A stretch of DNA of 64,000 bases from Candidatus Latescibacterota bacterium. GTDB taxonomy: Bacteria > Latescibacterota > UBA2968 > GCA-2709665. The notes beneath the pieces are model-generated. The model saw only the letters and a list, made by a program, of their open reading frames with translations, was not told the origin of the DNA and made no database searches. Below are positions 50,951 through 61,594 of the stretch, in pieces. A program made the translations under genes and the position numbers. The stretch covers positions 160,001 through 224,000 of the forward strand of contig CBDDDZ010000005.1 in NCBI GenBank assembly GCA_965226795.1. The letters are read 5' to 3'. Position 1 is the first letter of the stretch. Every line of letters starts with the position of its first letter.

Positions 50951-53900
50951 ATGAGCAAGGGCAAGCCAACGCGCAATTATTCAGAAAAGACAATTAAAGT
51001 CATTTTCGGTTTGAGCGGAAACCAATGCGCGCATCCTGATTGCGAGAGCGCTGTCATTGAGCCGCCGACGCCGCAGTCTGACGCTCATGTCGTGGCTCAA
51101 ATCTGCCACATATATGCCATTAGTGAAGACGGTCCGCGAGGAAAGGCCGGGCTAACGGTCCAAGAACTCAATTCTCCAAATAACCTGATCTTACTTTGTC
51201 CGAATCACCATACTGTGGTAGACGGCCAACATGAAACATATCCAGCCGAAATGCTCAAACAGTGGAAGAAGGAACATGAAGCTAAATTGATCAAGAATCG
51301 GTTGCATGCAGGCTCGGATGGCGTTGTGTGGGATGTGTCGTCTCAACCCGATTTTCCAACGCATCTGATCGATCAAGAAATCAAGAAGAAGACCGATCTG
51401 CTTCGCAAATCCCGATTTTTCGCGGAATTCGACAGGAATGGATTTTCATTGACATTTGCGAAAAAACTCGCAGGAGGCGAACTCTCGGGCGGTACCAGTG
51501 AGGTACGGAGCGAGGCGTTAGGATGGTGCGTCCGATTATTGTCAGATGAACATCTAGAAAAAGCAGAATCGTACCTCGAACAGGCGAGAGAAATAGGAAC
51601 CTGCCCGGAAGTTTACATAGCAGCCTCGTTTATTTCTTCGCGAAAGGGCGACAAGGCGGCTGCTCTGCAGAGTTTGGCCGCCATTGACTCGCCCATGTCC
51701 CGTTCCGCAGCACTGATGATTTCCGAATATCACGACGGCCCTCAAGGCGCAGTTGACTGGTTGGAAGCGGCCGACATTGACGCTACGAAGTTGGATGCTG
51801 ACGGTAAACGATTCTTATTGGCGTGTTATTTTGAACTCGCCGATTGGGAAGCAGCACGGAGATTAATTGATGTGCTAACTGATGACGATTTATGCAATTC
51901 TCCGACCCTTTTTCATATGACGGCGGTAACCCATCTTATAACGGCGGTACCAAACGAACTCCGCTCCAGCATCCTTTACCAACCACCTTTCGAAGTCAAA
52001 AGCTTTCCACTTGCTTCAGACTCTTCGTCGATAAAAGCCCTTCGAGTTGCCCGAGAATGCTTTGTAAGAGCCGTAGAGTTTGCGCATCAACTAAACTGTC
52101 CATTTGCAGCAAAACTGGACGATGAATACGCACTTTGGCTTGAACTCGTGGATCCCGATGAGTTCGCCCGTGGGAGAAAGCGACTAAAAACGGAACTTCG
52201 CAATGCAGAAAATTCCCTAAGTCTCGTTCGCTTCGGTTTTTAATTTGGAGTTAATCTCGACTTCGCAGCAATAGAACGGGAGATCGATCGTCAAACCGCC
52301 CTTTACGGAGGTCTAACTTACGACACTGCGATCGCTCGCCTTGCCCTTGTCTTCAGCCAGCAGACGCCGAAAGATGCCTCGACCTATATCGAGCGGCACC
52401 AGAATTCGCTTTCTGATTACGCAAACAAGGAATATCTGCATTTTGTGCGAATCGAACTGTTGGCGCGTGCCGGTCGCCTTGATGAAGCACGTGTTCGCCT
52501 AGAAACTCTCGAGAATGAGGAACTCTCAGAACCGAACAAGAGCCACCTTCGGAGAATCATCGCCGAAGCGGGCGGAGCCGATCCAATTGAACGTCGAAAG
52601 GTTCGGTTTAGAGAGACGAATTCAGTCCGAGATTTGTCGATACTTGTTGACCAACTCGAAGCTCAACACGAATGGGAGCAACTTTGCGAACATGGAGAAA
52701 TCTTGTTCAAGCGAACCAACCGGTTGTCTGATGCCGAACGGTTGGCAATCGCGTTACACAATACAAGGAAAAATGACCGCCTGGTCGAATTCCTCCAATC
52801 CAATGAGACGATCATACCACAATCCAAGCAACTCCAGCAACTCCGTTGTTGGTCCTTGTACCACGAGGGCGCGCTGCTACAAGCCCGTACCGAAATGGCG
52901 AAACTTGGTGATAACTCGGATGACGGGAACTATCGCAGCCTCAAGATCAATCTTGCAATCTCTATGGGTGACTGGAACTCGGTTTTGGCGTTTGTAACCA
53001 ACGAATGCCAAAAAAAAGAGCGGAGAAACGCACCGGAACTGTTAGGGACAGCACAACTGGCCCTTCGCTTGGATTCTGGTAACCAGGCAAAAGAGTTGTT
53101 ATTTGCAGCGGTAGAAAAGGGAAACGACGATCCCAAGGTTTTAGCGACAGCATACCATATTGCAACTACAGCCGGTTGGGAGGGCCAAGAGGTCTCTCGT
53201 TGGATTCAAAAAGCCGCTGCTCTCTCAGGGGACGATGGGCCAATTCAGAAAATCACGGTGAGAGAATTTCTGGATCGGAAACCGGAATGGGAACGAAGAG
53301 AATCTGAAATCTCCCGGGGGCTGATGTGTGGAGACCTTCCGTTGTTTCTTGCTGCTCAACTGCGAAACATATCTCTTGGCAATATGGTGCTTTATTCGGC
53401 TCTTGCGAATCTGGATGAAAGCGATCCGAGACGGAGAAACGTGATTCCTGCATATAGTGGACAACGGCCACCGACGACGCTTGAAACGGGTGGACGTATC
53501 GGAATAGATGCAACCGCATTGCTAACCTTAAGCTTGTTGAAGGTGCTCGAAGAAGCATTAGATGCTTTTGAATCGGTCCATATACCACATTCAACTCTTG
53601 GTTGGCTTTTTGAGGAAAAACAAAGACTTACATTTCATCAGCCAAGCAGGATCAGGGATGCGCATCAGGTCAGTGATCTTGTGTTTGCTCGTACGATGGA
53701 GGTCCTATCACCAAACGCCGTCCCGGATAGCGAACTATCGGAGCTAGTTGGACATGATCTGGCGCAGTTTATAGCGGAAGCGAAAACGATGAGAGACGCA
53801 GATGTTTCTCAACGTGTTGTTGTTAGGCCGGCTCCGGTTTATCGAATCGCTTCTTTGTTGGAAGAAGAAGCCGACCTGACGCCGCATGAAGGCGTATTGA

Positions 53901-55069
53901 GTAGCTGCCAATCAATTATAGATAAGTCGCAGAAGCAGGGCCAGATTACTAAGAATGAAGCCGAAAGGGCCTGTGCTTTTCTCGGGCTTCAGGAGAAACC
54001 CTGGCCCAATCAGCCACGGATCACTGACGGAGCGATTCTTTACTTGGATGATTTGGCCGTGAGATATTTCCTCCATCTTGGCATATTGAGAAAATTAAAT
54101 GCTGCTGGTTTCAGATTGATTATTTCCCAAAGCGTGGTATCCGAAGCGAAACAGTACATCTGCTACGAAAGGATCGCTGGCGAAGCCAAGAATGACATCG
54201 AACGTATACGTTCTGCACTTAATGCGCGGATAGAGTCAGGTAAGGTCAAGGTAAGTAGACGGACGAACTCCGCGAGAGATTCAGAAGACCAGGCAGCATT
54301 CGAACATCCTACCGCAGGAGCCTTGAACCTGGCAAACGAATGTGCTGCGATTATCGTGGACGACAGATACCTCCACCAACATGCCAATGTCGTTGATCAC
54401 GATGTAAAGACGCCGATAGTCTCAACACTGGATCTTGTTGATGCGTTGGTTGCCGGAGGTGTCATATCGACTAAAGATCGACTCGCATACAAAACTCAAC
54501 TTCGCCAGGCCGGATATTTCTTTGTGCAGGTAATCGAAGATGAACTGGCACATCATCTTGAGGCGTCCACGGTGGAGAACGGAGAAATCATTGAGACGGC
54601 CGAACTTAAGGCTATCCGGGAAAACATACTTCAGGTTCGGATGAGTAACTGGCTTCAGCTTCCGAAAGAAGAATACTGGCTTCAGACGATGTTAGGAGTG
54701 TCCCACCGAGTGCTGGCAGGAATGTGGAGAGCCAATGCTGACTTCGAACAGGTGCGAGCCCGCTCGGAATGGATCCTATGTGTGACAGACGTGCGTGGCT
54801 GGGCACACACAGTTGGCATAGAACGTGGTGAAAACATAGTCAAGTCGAAATTCGGCGAAAGTGTCCTGTCGTTGATTTCACTCGGGATCGAACTGCCCCC
54901 AAAGGTCAGAGATGAATTCCAAAAGTGGGTTGAAGAGAGGGTCTTGGCTCCGCTTAAAGAGAATAATCCCGACGTGTTTCGTTACCTGCTTGAATCGTAC
55001 AAAGGACATATTTCGCACGTGGTGGAAAAATGCATGAAGGAGATGAAGAACGATGACCATGGATCTTGA
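50951..55069 (+). pseudogene. ~1370-aa HNH endonuclease - TPR/helical repeat - PIN-like protein interrupted by one in-frame TAA (52241-52243)
   Basis: HNH: SGNQCAHPDC, ICHI, GPRG, NLILLCPNHH. ORFs 50951 and 52445 share a frame with an open linker (RFGF*FGVNLDFAAIERE...). PIN-like IGIDATALL, LYLDD, IIVDDRY. Confidence 0.75.
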
Positions 55070-56981
55070 TGCCAAGACAGTATTTGCAGCGCAATGTTTG
55101 AATTTCGTGCCGCCACTAATACGTGAGACTCTCCTTGAAGATGGGGACTTTCGGGAGGAGTATAATGTACCGACGGACAACCGGATAGCGTTTGGTAAAT
55201 CCGGTGTAGATTTCCAGCGTTACGATTTGTTCAATACGATTCGAGATGTTCTGGCAAACGCATCAATACAGCAAGTAGCGGATGTCAATGGCAAGTTGTG
55301 GACCCTTAAGGACATAAGTGGAGAAGGGGAACTCCCGAATCTTGAAATGAGTCGCAGCGAACAGTGTGTTCCCCTTCCGGCATTCGCTTCATTGTCCCCA
55401 GACAAAAGTGTACGCTTGCGTCTCCTCAAGGAGGCGACTTCTGAAACCAATTTACCGCGACACGTCTCGTCCTTTTGGCGTGACATTCTTGAGAATCGCG
55501 CTCTCGAAGACGACGAAGTCGATGCGTTCTATAGTGATTTGAGGGATACGCCGACCGCCAAGGCGCGAGACATACGCACGGATATACTGGCCGGACAGAG
55601 TACCGCATCTTCTCTTGTCCCGAGTTCACGCCAATATTACGAAAGGCTTGTGGGCGTATATGATGGTAGCGCTTCCATCCGCGATTATTCCGCGGGCAAT
55701 GGTAGCGCGTTCTTAATTCAACTGGCCGAATGGCGCCCCTATGACGGCTTCTTGTTTAGTCTCTTTCTGTCATCACATTCCTTGCTAACTGACGAAATCA
55801 ATGTCGACCGTATAAGCCGTGAAGACCTTGTGAGAGCCTACGGTTTCTTAGCGAAACACGGGGATCGGTTCTCGCAGTTGGGGGCCATCGAGGTCGGATT
55901 GCGGATTCTTCCATCAAATCCTGAGATCGAACCTGCGCTCAGTTGTCTCATTGAGCAGATTCGAGACGACGACATTGAAGGGCCGGCTAGCTGTTTCAAG
56001 CTCTTATCGGCGATGTTTCGTCTTGTCGATGGAGAGTTGTCCAGGATTCGGCTGTTTTACTCGGAACCTCCTTTCTATCGAAGATTGGCGGCCTTGTCAC
56101 ACGCCGCATTGATTCAACGCCAACTTGCGGATTTAGACATAAATGTTGATAAATTCGCGGAGTGGGCGTATAGCGATCGAGGAGAGCCGCATTATCTACA
56201 GTCCCTTGTAGATATGCGTGTGGAACCGCATTGGGATCCCGAACTTACGGGGGTCCATCAGGCGAAGGCCTATTTCTGCGGTCGTATCATGATCTCAGGT
56301 AGAAAATATGCGCAGAATATAAAGGGCAGCCCCATCTATGAGCTTGTATTTGGTGACGATGCGAGCAGTCTGCCGTCTATTGGTGATTTCCCCAATTCAT
56401 GGTTGCGAGGGCCGTTGGAAGGAACCCATGAACCGGATCGCATCTTGCCTTCGGAGGTGGCGGACGCGATTGAGAAACAGCTCAGCACGAGAGAAGTAAG
56501 GCCATCGTCGTTCTTCGCGCTTGTGAATTTCGTCTCGACTCATCGCATCAGTGCAAATCATGCGCAGTTGGCGTCAGATGCGTTAAAACGTGCCGGCTAT
56601 CGTCTTCAGGACGTCGAATGCAGATCCCAGCTTGTTACTATATTGAATAGGTTAGCAACAGTTGCTGCCGTCACGCGAAGCCTAGGGCTCGCGGACGCCG
56701 TGCGAATTCTTGCACGTAGATATAGGCGTGACCCCGAGTACAGGTTATCCATTCCAGAGGTCGTGAAGCTTTGTCTCACAGCTGCCGCAAGCCGTTCCGA
56801 TTTAGCCGAGTGGATAGAATTCGTCGGCGAATGGCTAACAGAACTTGCATTTGAAGATTTGAAAAGTGAGGAAGGTCAGGTGTTTTACTCATCCTTGGAT
56901 TGGCTTTGCCATGCCGTTCCTGAGCTATGGGTTTCCTGCGGTAGAGCCCACGCAGCCTTGATGGCGTTTAATGCAAAATGA
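55053..56981 (+). CDS. 642-aa hypothetical, mostly helical protein coupled to the HNH-TPR-PIN gene
   Basis: Long intact ORF overlapping the upstream stop, AGGAG upstream; no recognisable motif. Confidence 0.8.
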   Translation: MTMDLDAKTVFAAQCLNFVPPLIRETLLEDGDFREEYNVPTDNRIAFGKSGVDFQRYDLFNTIRDVLANASIQQVADVNGKLWTLKDISGEGELPNLEMSRSEQCVPLPAFASLSPDKSVRLRLLKEATSETNLPRHVSSFWRDILENRALEDDEVDAFYSDLRDTPTAKARDIRTDILAGQSTASSLVPSSRQYYERLVGVYDGSASIRDYSAGNGSAFLIQLAEWRPYDGFLFSLFLSSHSLLTDEINVDRISREDLVRAYGFLAKHGDRFSQLGAIEVGLRILPSNPEIEPALSCLIEQIRDDDIEGPASCFKLLSAMFRLVDGELSRIRLFYSEPPFYRRLAALSHAALIQRQLADLDINVDKFAEWAYSDRGEPHYLQSLVDMRVEPHWDPELTGVHQAKAYFCGRIMISGRKYAQNIKGSPIYELVFGDDASSLPSIGDFPNSWLRGPLEGTHEPDRILPSEVADAIEKQLSTREVRPSSFFALVNFVSTHRISANHAQLASDALKRAGYRLQDVECRSQLVTILNRLATVAAVTRSLGLADAVRILARRYRRDPEYRLSIPEVVKLCLTAAASRSDLAEWIEFVGEWLTELAFEDLKSEEGQVFYSSLDWLCHAVPELWVSCGRAHAALMAFNAK

Positions 56982-57183
56982 GGGTTTTCCAGATCGGTAA
57001 AGTTCAATACCAGATGCAGGATCCTTTGTAAGGTTTTCCCTTGCCATTGCCCTGCTAATCAATTGTCGAGGTCACTAAAAGACACTGTATTTCGCCGTGA
57101 TGTCGTTATTCTTGGAGTCCAGAAAATAGTCGTGGATGACCAGAGAGAACCTTAAATTAGGGACACGACAGGAGGCGTTGCGA

Positions 57184-57817
57184 GTGATCGGAGAATGGAG
57201 AGTTCGCCATTATCCGCGATGTACCCATCATGTTTTTCTATCGCATTGTGCTGAAAATAGACGTACTCGTGGTGCACCCTGTGTACACTGGCTTGCAGAA
57301 AGACCAATATGTACCGTGGCTTGACCGCCACCACTACCCGAGAGGCCAGGGTGCCTTTGCGGCGCTTAGAGAGGCAATTATACGGTGGCGGCACGTCGTG
57401 TATTTCGTTACTGAGGAGTTTCTATCGCAGGGGCGAGGATGGAATAGTGTGGAAACCGCCTATTCGGAGCTTCTTCAGGCAAATCTAATACATCCGTCCC
57501 TCGTATTGTGCAATGTCCAATTACCCCTATTCTTTCTACCTCGAAGTTATGAGACCCTCGAGAGATCGGCGTGGGGATCTTTCGTTCAATCCGGGCGGTT
57601 CTATCCCCCGGGAAAAGTGGACGGTGGCGCGGTGAATTGGGCTCACCAAGAAATCACGGCCTTCATTAAACAGGAAGAAAATCGAGGGCATTCCCTGGCG
57701 ATTCAAATCGAGAAGGATCCATCCTTCCAGCGGATTCTCGAGGAAGAAAAGAACCTGCTATCAAGGGTGATGTGTGCATACCCTGTCGCCGATAAGATTG
57801 CGAAAGTGACGAACTAA
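57184..57817 (+). pseudogene. TIR-domain protein, frameshifted near 57260-57266
   Basis: AGGAGG RBS. Frame A gives HHVFLSHCAENR; the +1 frame continues LVVHPVY..LQ...VPWLD...LREAI..WRHVVYFVT...GWNSVE (TIR strands and catalytic Glu position). Confidence 0.65.
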
Positions 57818-57829
57818 AGGAGGTTTTCG

Positions 57830-58153
57830 ATGCCCATAGACGACCAATACGTTAAGAACTTACCGGAAGTCTACCGCGATGTACTTTCAACTTTTCCGAG
57901 TTTCAATTCGACTCGCATTGCCGGCGACGGCCTGGCCTACCAATCGTTGTATTCGGCTTTGGCGGATGAAAAGAAGGGATACACCCTCGGTCAAATAAAG
58001 AAGGCATGCGAAAACATGGCTGAGGTGGGTCTTATGGTGATTAAACATAGGATATTTGCTTGCCCGACACCAAAAGGGGAAGAGTTGATTTCCGCAATAA
58101 CGGGCCGCACGACCCCTGTCTCGGACGTTCCCCCCATCGAAGCCCCGCCATAG
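57830..58153 (+). CDS. 107-aa hypothetical protein, possible winged-helix fold
   Basis: AGGAGG RBS 12 bp after the TIR stop; YTLGQIKKACENMAEVGLMVIK...PTPKGEELI resembles wHTH recognition helix and wing. Confidence 0.75.
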   Translation: MPIDDQYVKNLPEVYRDVLSTFPSFNSTRIAGDGLAYQSLYSALADEKKGYTLGQIKKACENMAEVGLMVIKHRIFACPTPKGEELISAITGRTTPVSDVPPIEAPP

Positions 58154-58222
58154 GTTTCAGATAGCCTTAGGCAAAGCAGTAACTTCAGTAGGCTTGATTC
58201 CTATCCTTTCTTTACCAATACG

Positions 58223-58261
58223 AAAAGCCGTCCATCACCTGAGTGGACGGCTCTTGATTTT
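58223..58261. terminator. Hairpin terminator at the right edge of the island, between convergent genes
   Basis: AAAAGCCGTCCA-loop-TGGACGGCT-CTTGATTTT. Confidence 0.6.
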
Positions 58262-58349
58262 GCCATGTGGCGCCGTGTTTGAACTTATCTCTTCCTCAAT
58301 TCCTCCGTGATTTCCCCCTCCTCTATCCCCTTGGACGATTTCCCTCGTT

Positions 58350-59291
58350 TCACGGCACCTGCGCCCCGGTTGTCTCGATGTAGACCGAGAACAGCGACTG
58401 GGAGCAGGTCATGAACAGCCTGTTCTTTTTTGCGCCGCCGAAGCAGAGGTTCGCGCAGGGCGCGGGGAGGTGGATCTTGCCGATGAGGGTGCCGTCGGGC
58501 GCGAAACAGTGCACGCCGTCGTAGCCTTCCCCGGCCCAGCATGCCCCCGCCCACAGGTTGCCGTCCGCGTCGGTGCGGATCCCGTCGGCCGAGGCGGGTT
58601 CCATGTTGACGAAGACGCGGCCATTTGAGACGCGGTCGCCATCCACGTCGAACACGCGGATGTGGGTGGGATATTCGGGGCCGTCGGAGCGCCCGGTGTC
58701 AACGATATAGAGCAGCGACTCGTCCGGGCTGAAGCAGAGGCCGTTGGGCCGCTGGAAGTCTGCCGCGACCACCGTTGCTTCTCCGGTGTCCGGATCCAGA
58801 CGGTACACATTGGCAACGTTTTCGAATTCGGCCCGGTGCCCCTCGTAGTTCATCAGAATGCCGTAACCTGGGTCTGTGAACCAGATCGATCCATCCGACT
58901 TCACCACGACGTCGTTCGGCGCATTCAGCGGCCTGCCCTCGAACCGGTCCATCAGTACCGTGATCGAACCGTCGTATTCCGTCCGGGTGACGCGTCGCGT
59001 GTCGTGTTCGCACGACACCAGCCGTCCCTGGCGGTCGCGCGTGTTGCCGTTGGTATTGTTCGATGGCTTGCGGAAAACCGAGACGTCTCCCGTTTCTTCT
59101 TCCCACTTGAGGATGCGGTTGTTGGGAATGTCGCTGAAGAGCAGATAGCGGCCGTCCCCAAACCATACCGGGCCTTCGAGCCACCGCCCGCCGGTCCAGA
59201 GCATTTCGATGGCGGCGTTCGCCAGTTTGTACTTTGCGAAGCGGTCGTCGAGCACCTCAATCCGGCTGTCGGGATATCTCACAAGTTCCAT
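58350..59291 (-). CDS. SMP-30/gluconolactonase/LRE family protein
   Basis: EGPVW, FSDIP, LNAPND, FTDP, PNGLCFSPDE, ADGIRTD, NLCFGG. Confidence 0.93.
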   Translation of the reverse strand: MELVRYPDSRIEVLDDRFAKYKLANAAIEMLWTGGRWLEGPVWFGDGRYLLFSDIPNNRILKWEEETGDVSVFRKPSNNTNGNTRDRQGRLVSCEHDTRRVTRTEYDGSITVLMDRFEGRPLNAPNDVVVKSDGSIWFTDPGYGILMNYEGHRAEFENVANVYRLDPDTGEATVVAADFQRPNGLCFSPDESLLYIVDTGRSDGPEYPTHIRVFDVDGDRVSNGRVFVNMEPASADGIRTDADGNLWAGACWAGEGYDGVHCFAPDGTLIGKIHLPAPCANLCFGGAKKNRLFMTCSQSLFSVYIETTGAQVP

Positions 59292-59321
59292 ATTTTCGTC
59301 CCTGTCACGACAATCTCTCCT

Positions 59322-60175
59322 CTAAGAAACTCGGTTTACCGCACACGCTCGATGTCCCCCGGAACGCAGGAAGCGTCTGTGACGTTGCCCGGACACGAAA
59401 TGCGATTCCTCACCGCGTTCAATTTCGTCGTGTCGCCGATGTAGCCCCTGGTATTCTTCATACGGGAAATATCCGTTGGTCAATGTGAACGGACCGGCCC
59501 CGGAACCGATGTACCTGCCGGAGTCGTCGATGCACGATCTGTCGCCGGGAACCAGACAGGGGTTGATGGATAGATCGGCCGGACTGTTGGGCCGGGCGGC
59601 ACGCCGCTGACGGTGAAGCGGCCCTCTCCAGCCAGGTGTCCGACACACCGTCACGTCGATGCAGGATCGCGATGGCGACGTCTCAGGTTGGATTCCCTTC
59701 CACCAGGCGGCCATAGTCTCCGCTTTCAGGCAGGCTTCCGGAGAGGCGAACCCCGCCGCCTCGTAGTTCGATGCGCAGAAAGTCGTCGCCCTGGGTGATC
59801 GGCGCCAACGACCTGATTGCCGTTGAACAGCGTGATTGGTGGAAACGAAGGCGTCGTCGAGTAATGGGGAATATAGGCGTCGGCCCACATGAATTCGAGG
59901 TGATATTTCGCGTTGTCTCCCAGAGGCCCGTTGAGTTCGCCGAATGTTCGTATATGTCGCTGTTTCTCAATCAGAATATCCCAGGGCTGGTAGCGGAACC
60001 GGCACGTCCAGGTCTCGGAATGACCGCCGAGATCCTCGCAATTGGGGTCCACAAAGCGTGGCGCGTCCACGAGCGCCTGGACGAAGTCATCCCTGGTTTC
60101 CTCGCCTGTAAGCGCCGGCACGAGAAACGCGCCCGGGTTGCCGGTGCCCGACAATACGTCGGCCGTCGTCTCCAC
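59322..60175 (-). pseudogene. Fragmented hypothetical gene (several frameshifts)
   Basis: Protein-like text switches between frames (...EFMWADAYIPHYS / ...FCASNYEAAGFASPEACLKAET / ...GYFPYEEY). Confidence 0.35.
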
Positions 60176-60331
60176 CGGGCTTTTCGGAAAACGACAATCG
60201 CCACGAGCATTCGATTACGATAAATAGCAGCGTCAGCGGCGGTTTGTCAATCGGTTTTGCCCGGTGACGTCCCCCGGATACCCATCCCGCGTGCCCGGCG
60301 CAGGGACGGTGTCCGGAAACCCCGCCGTGCC

Positions 60332-60360
60332 TTGACAAGCCCCGTGACGCCCCTTATATT
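60332..60360 (+). promoter_or_regulatory. Near-consensus sigma70 promoter
   Basis: TTGACA-17 nt-TATATT. Confidence 0.7.
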
Positions 60361-60403
60361 CCAAAAAGGAAGACCTGGATGGGCGAGAATGGAGGAACGG
60401 CCG

Positions 60404-60560
60404 ATGGAATGGATCGTTGCATTGATTGTCGGGCTTGTTGTGGGTGGCGGCGTTTGAGCGAACTGGAGGCAGACCATCGGGAGACCGTCGCCGGTCTGGA
60501 GGGACTCATCGCCGATGCCGGTGCGAGTCTCTTTACACATTGTCACGTAAAATATCAGTG
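60404..60560 (+). pseudogene. Remnant of an N-terminally membrane-anchored coiled-coil gene, or a 17-aa hydrophobic peptide
   Basis: GGAGG RBS, MEWIVALIVGLVVGGGV*, then LSELEADHRETVAGLEG in another frame. Confidence 0.35.
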
Positions 60561-60562
60561 AT

Positions 60563-61594
60563 ATGACAAACAGCCTGTACATTCGGGGATTGAGCTTGGC
60601 AACTGCCCTCGTCTGTCTATTTTCGCCGAATCAACCGAAGTGCCGGGAGGCAGACGCCGCAGGTCCGGCGTATCACGAGGTCACCCGGCAGGAAATACTG
60701 GAGGCGATGCGCCAGGTTGGCGATTATAACCTGACGGCGACGACGAACGGCGCCCGTTTCCAATGGGAAGCGTTGCTCTATCTTGCCCGGCGTGCAGAAC
60801 AGCGCGATCCCAAGGGGCCGCCACTGTTTATCATCGGCGCGGACTGGTTTCGGGCGTTTATGGAGGTGACGGGACGCCCGGAAAGTGAAATGCCCCTGTA
60901 CGCGCGGCTGTCACGCGAATACGAACAGCATATGGACGTGGAATACCGAATGGATCGGGTGATCCGGAAGGTAATCGACGGGCCGGCGCCTCAATTCGCA
61001 TTGAATGTGCGGATCTGGTGGGAGGACCGGCCGGGAAAGCCGGATCGGTACTCGTACCTGGATACGCTCTCAACACCCAATCTCAAGGTTACCAACGGGC
61101 GGGTGATGGCCTATCGGTTGCTCGATCTTGGAGATTGGTTCGCTTGCGACAAGATTACGGGGCTTACGGGGCGCCCGACGTCGGGCTTGCTGGGCCTTAT
61201 CTTTCAAATAATCGGCGATGGACGACTTATACACTCTCGAATGGCTATTTCAAACGACGGTCTCCAGATTGTTCGTGGGACGTCGAAGAAGGGGTTCATG
61301 AGAAAGACGACCACCGCAACGATTTATCCGGATGGTGAAATGATCAAGGATCTGCCGGAAGGCCGACCCGACCTATTGGAACTGAAGCAACGGATCAACC
61401 AGCCACTGGAAGTCGATTACGAAAAACTTCCTGACGACAGGATTCGGGTCCCAAAGAGCCCTGCTTTGGAGGAAACCGATGGACGAGCAGACAAGCGACG
61501 CGAGATACACGATGGGACGCAGCAAGGGGGAAGAGGAACGGCTGATTCATCAGTCGCAGCTGTACGACGCCATTACCCGCCGGTTTCTCAATGA
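60563..61594 (+). CDS. Hypothetical exported protein
   Basis: Signal-peptide-like N-terminus and protein-like composition. The 3' end overlaps the next gene by 116 bp, so the true end may be earlier. Confidence 0.7.
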   Translation: MTNSLYIRGLSLATALVCLFSPNQPKCREADAAGPAYHEVTRQEILEAMRQVGDYNLTATTNGARFQWEALLYLARRAEQRDPKGPPLFIIGADWFRAFMEVTGRPESEMPLYARLSREYEQHMDVEYRMDRVIRKVIDGPAPQFALNVRIWWEDRPGKPDRYSYLDTLSTPNLKVTNGRVMAYRLLDLGDWFACDKITGLTGRPTSGLLGLIFQIIGDGRLIHSRMAISNDGLQIVRGTSKKGFMRKTTTATIYPDGEMIKDLPEGRPDLLELKQRINQPLEVDYEKLPDDRIRVPKSPALEETDGRADKRREIHDGTQQGGRGTADSSVAAVRRHYPPVSQ

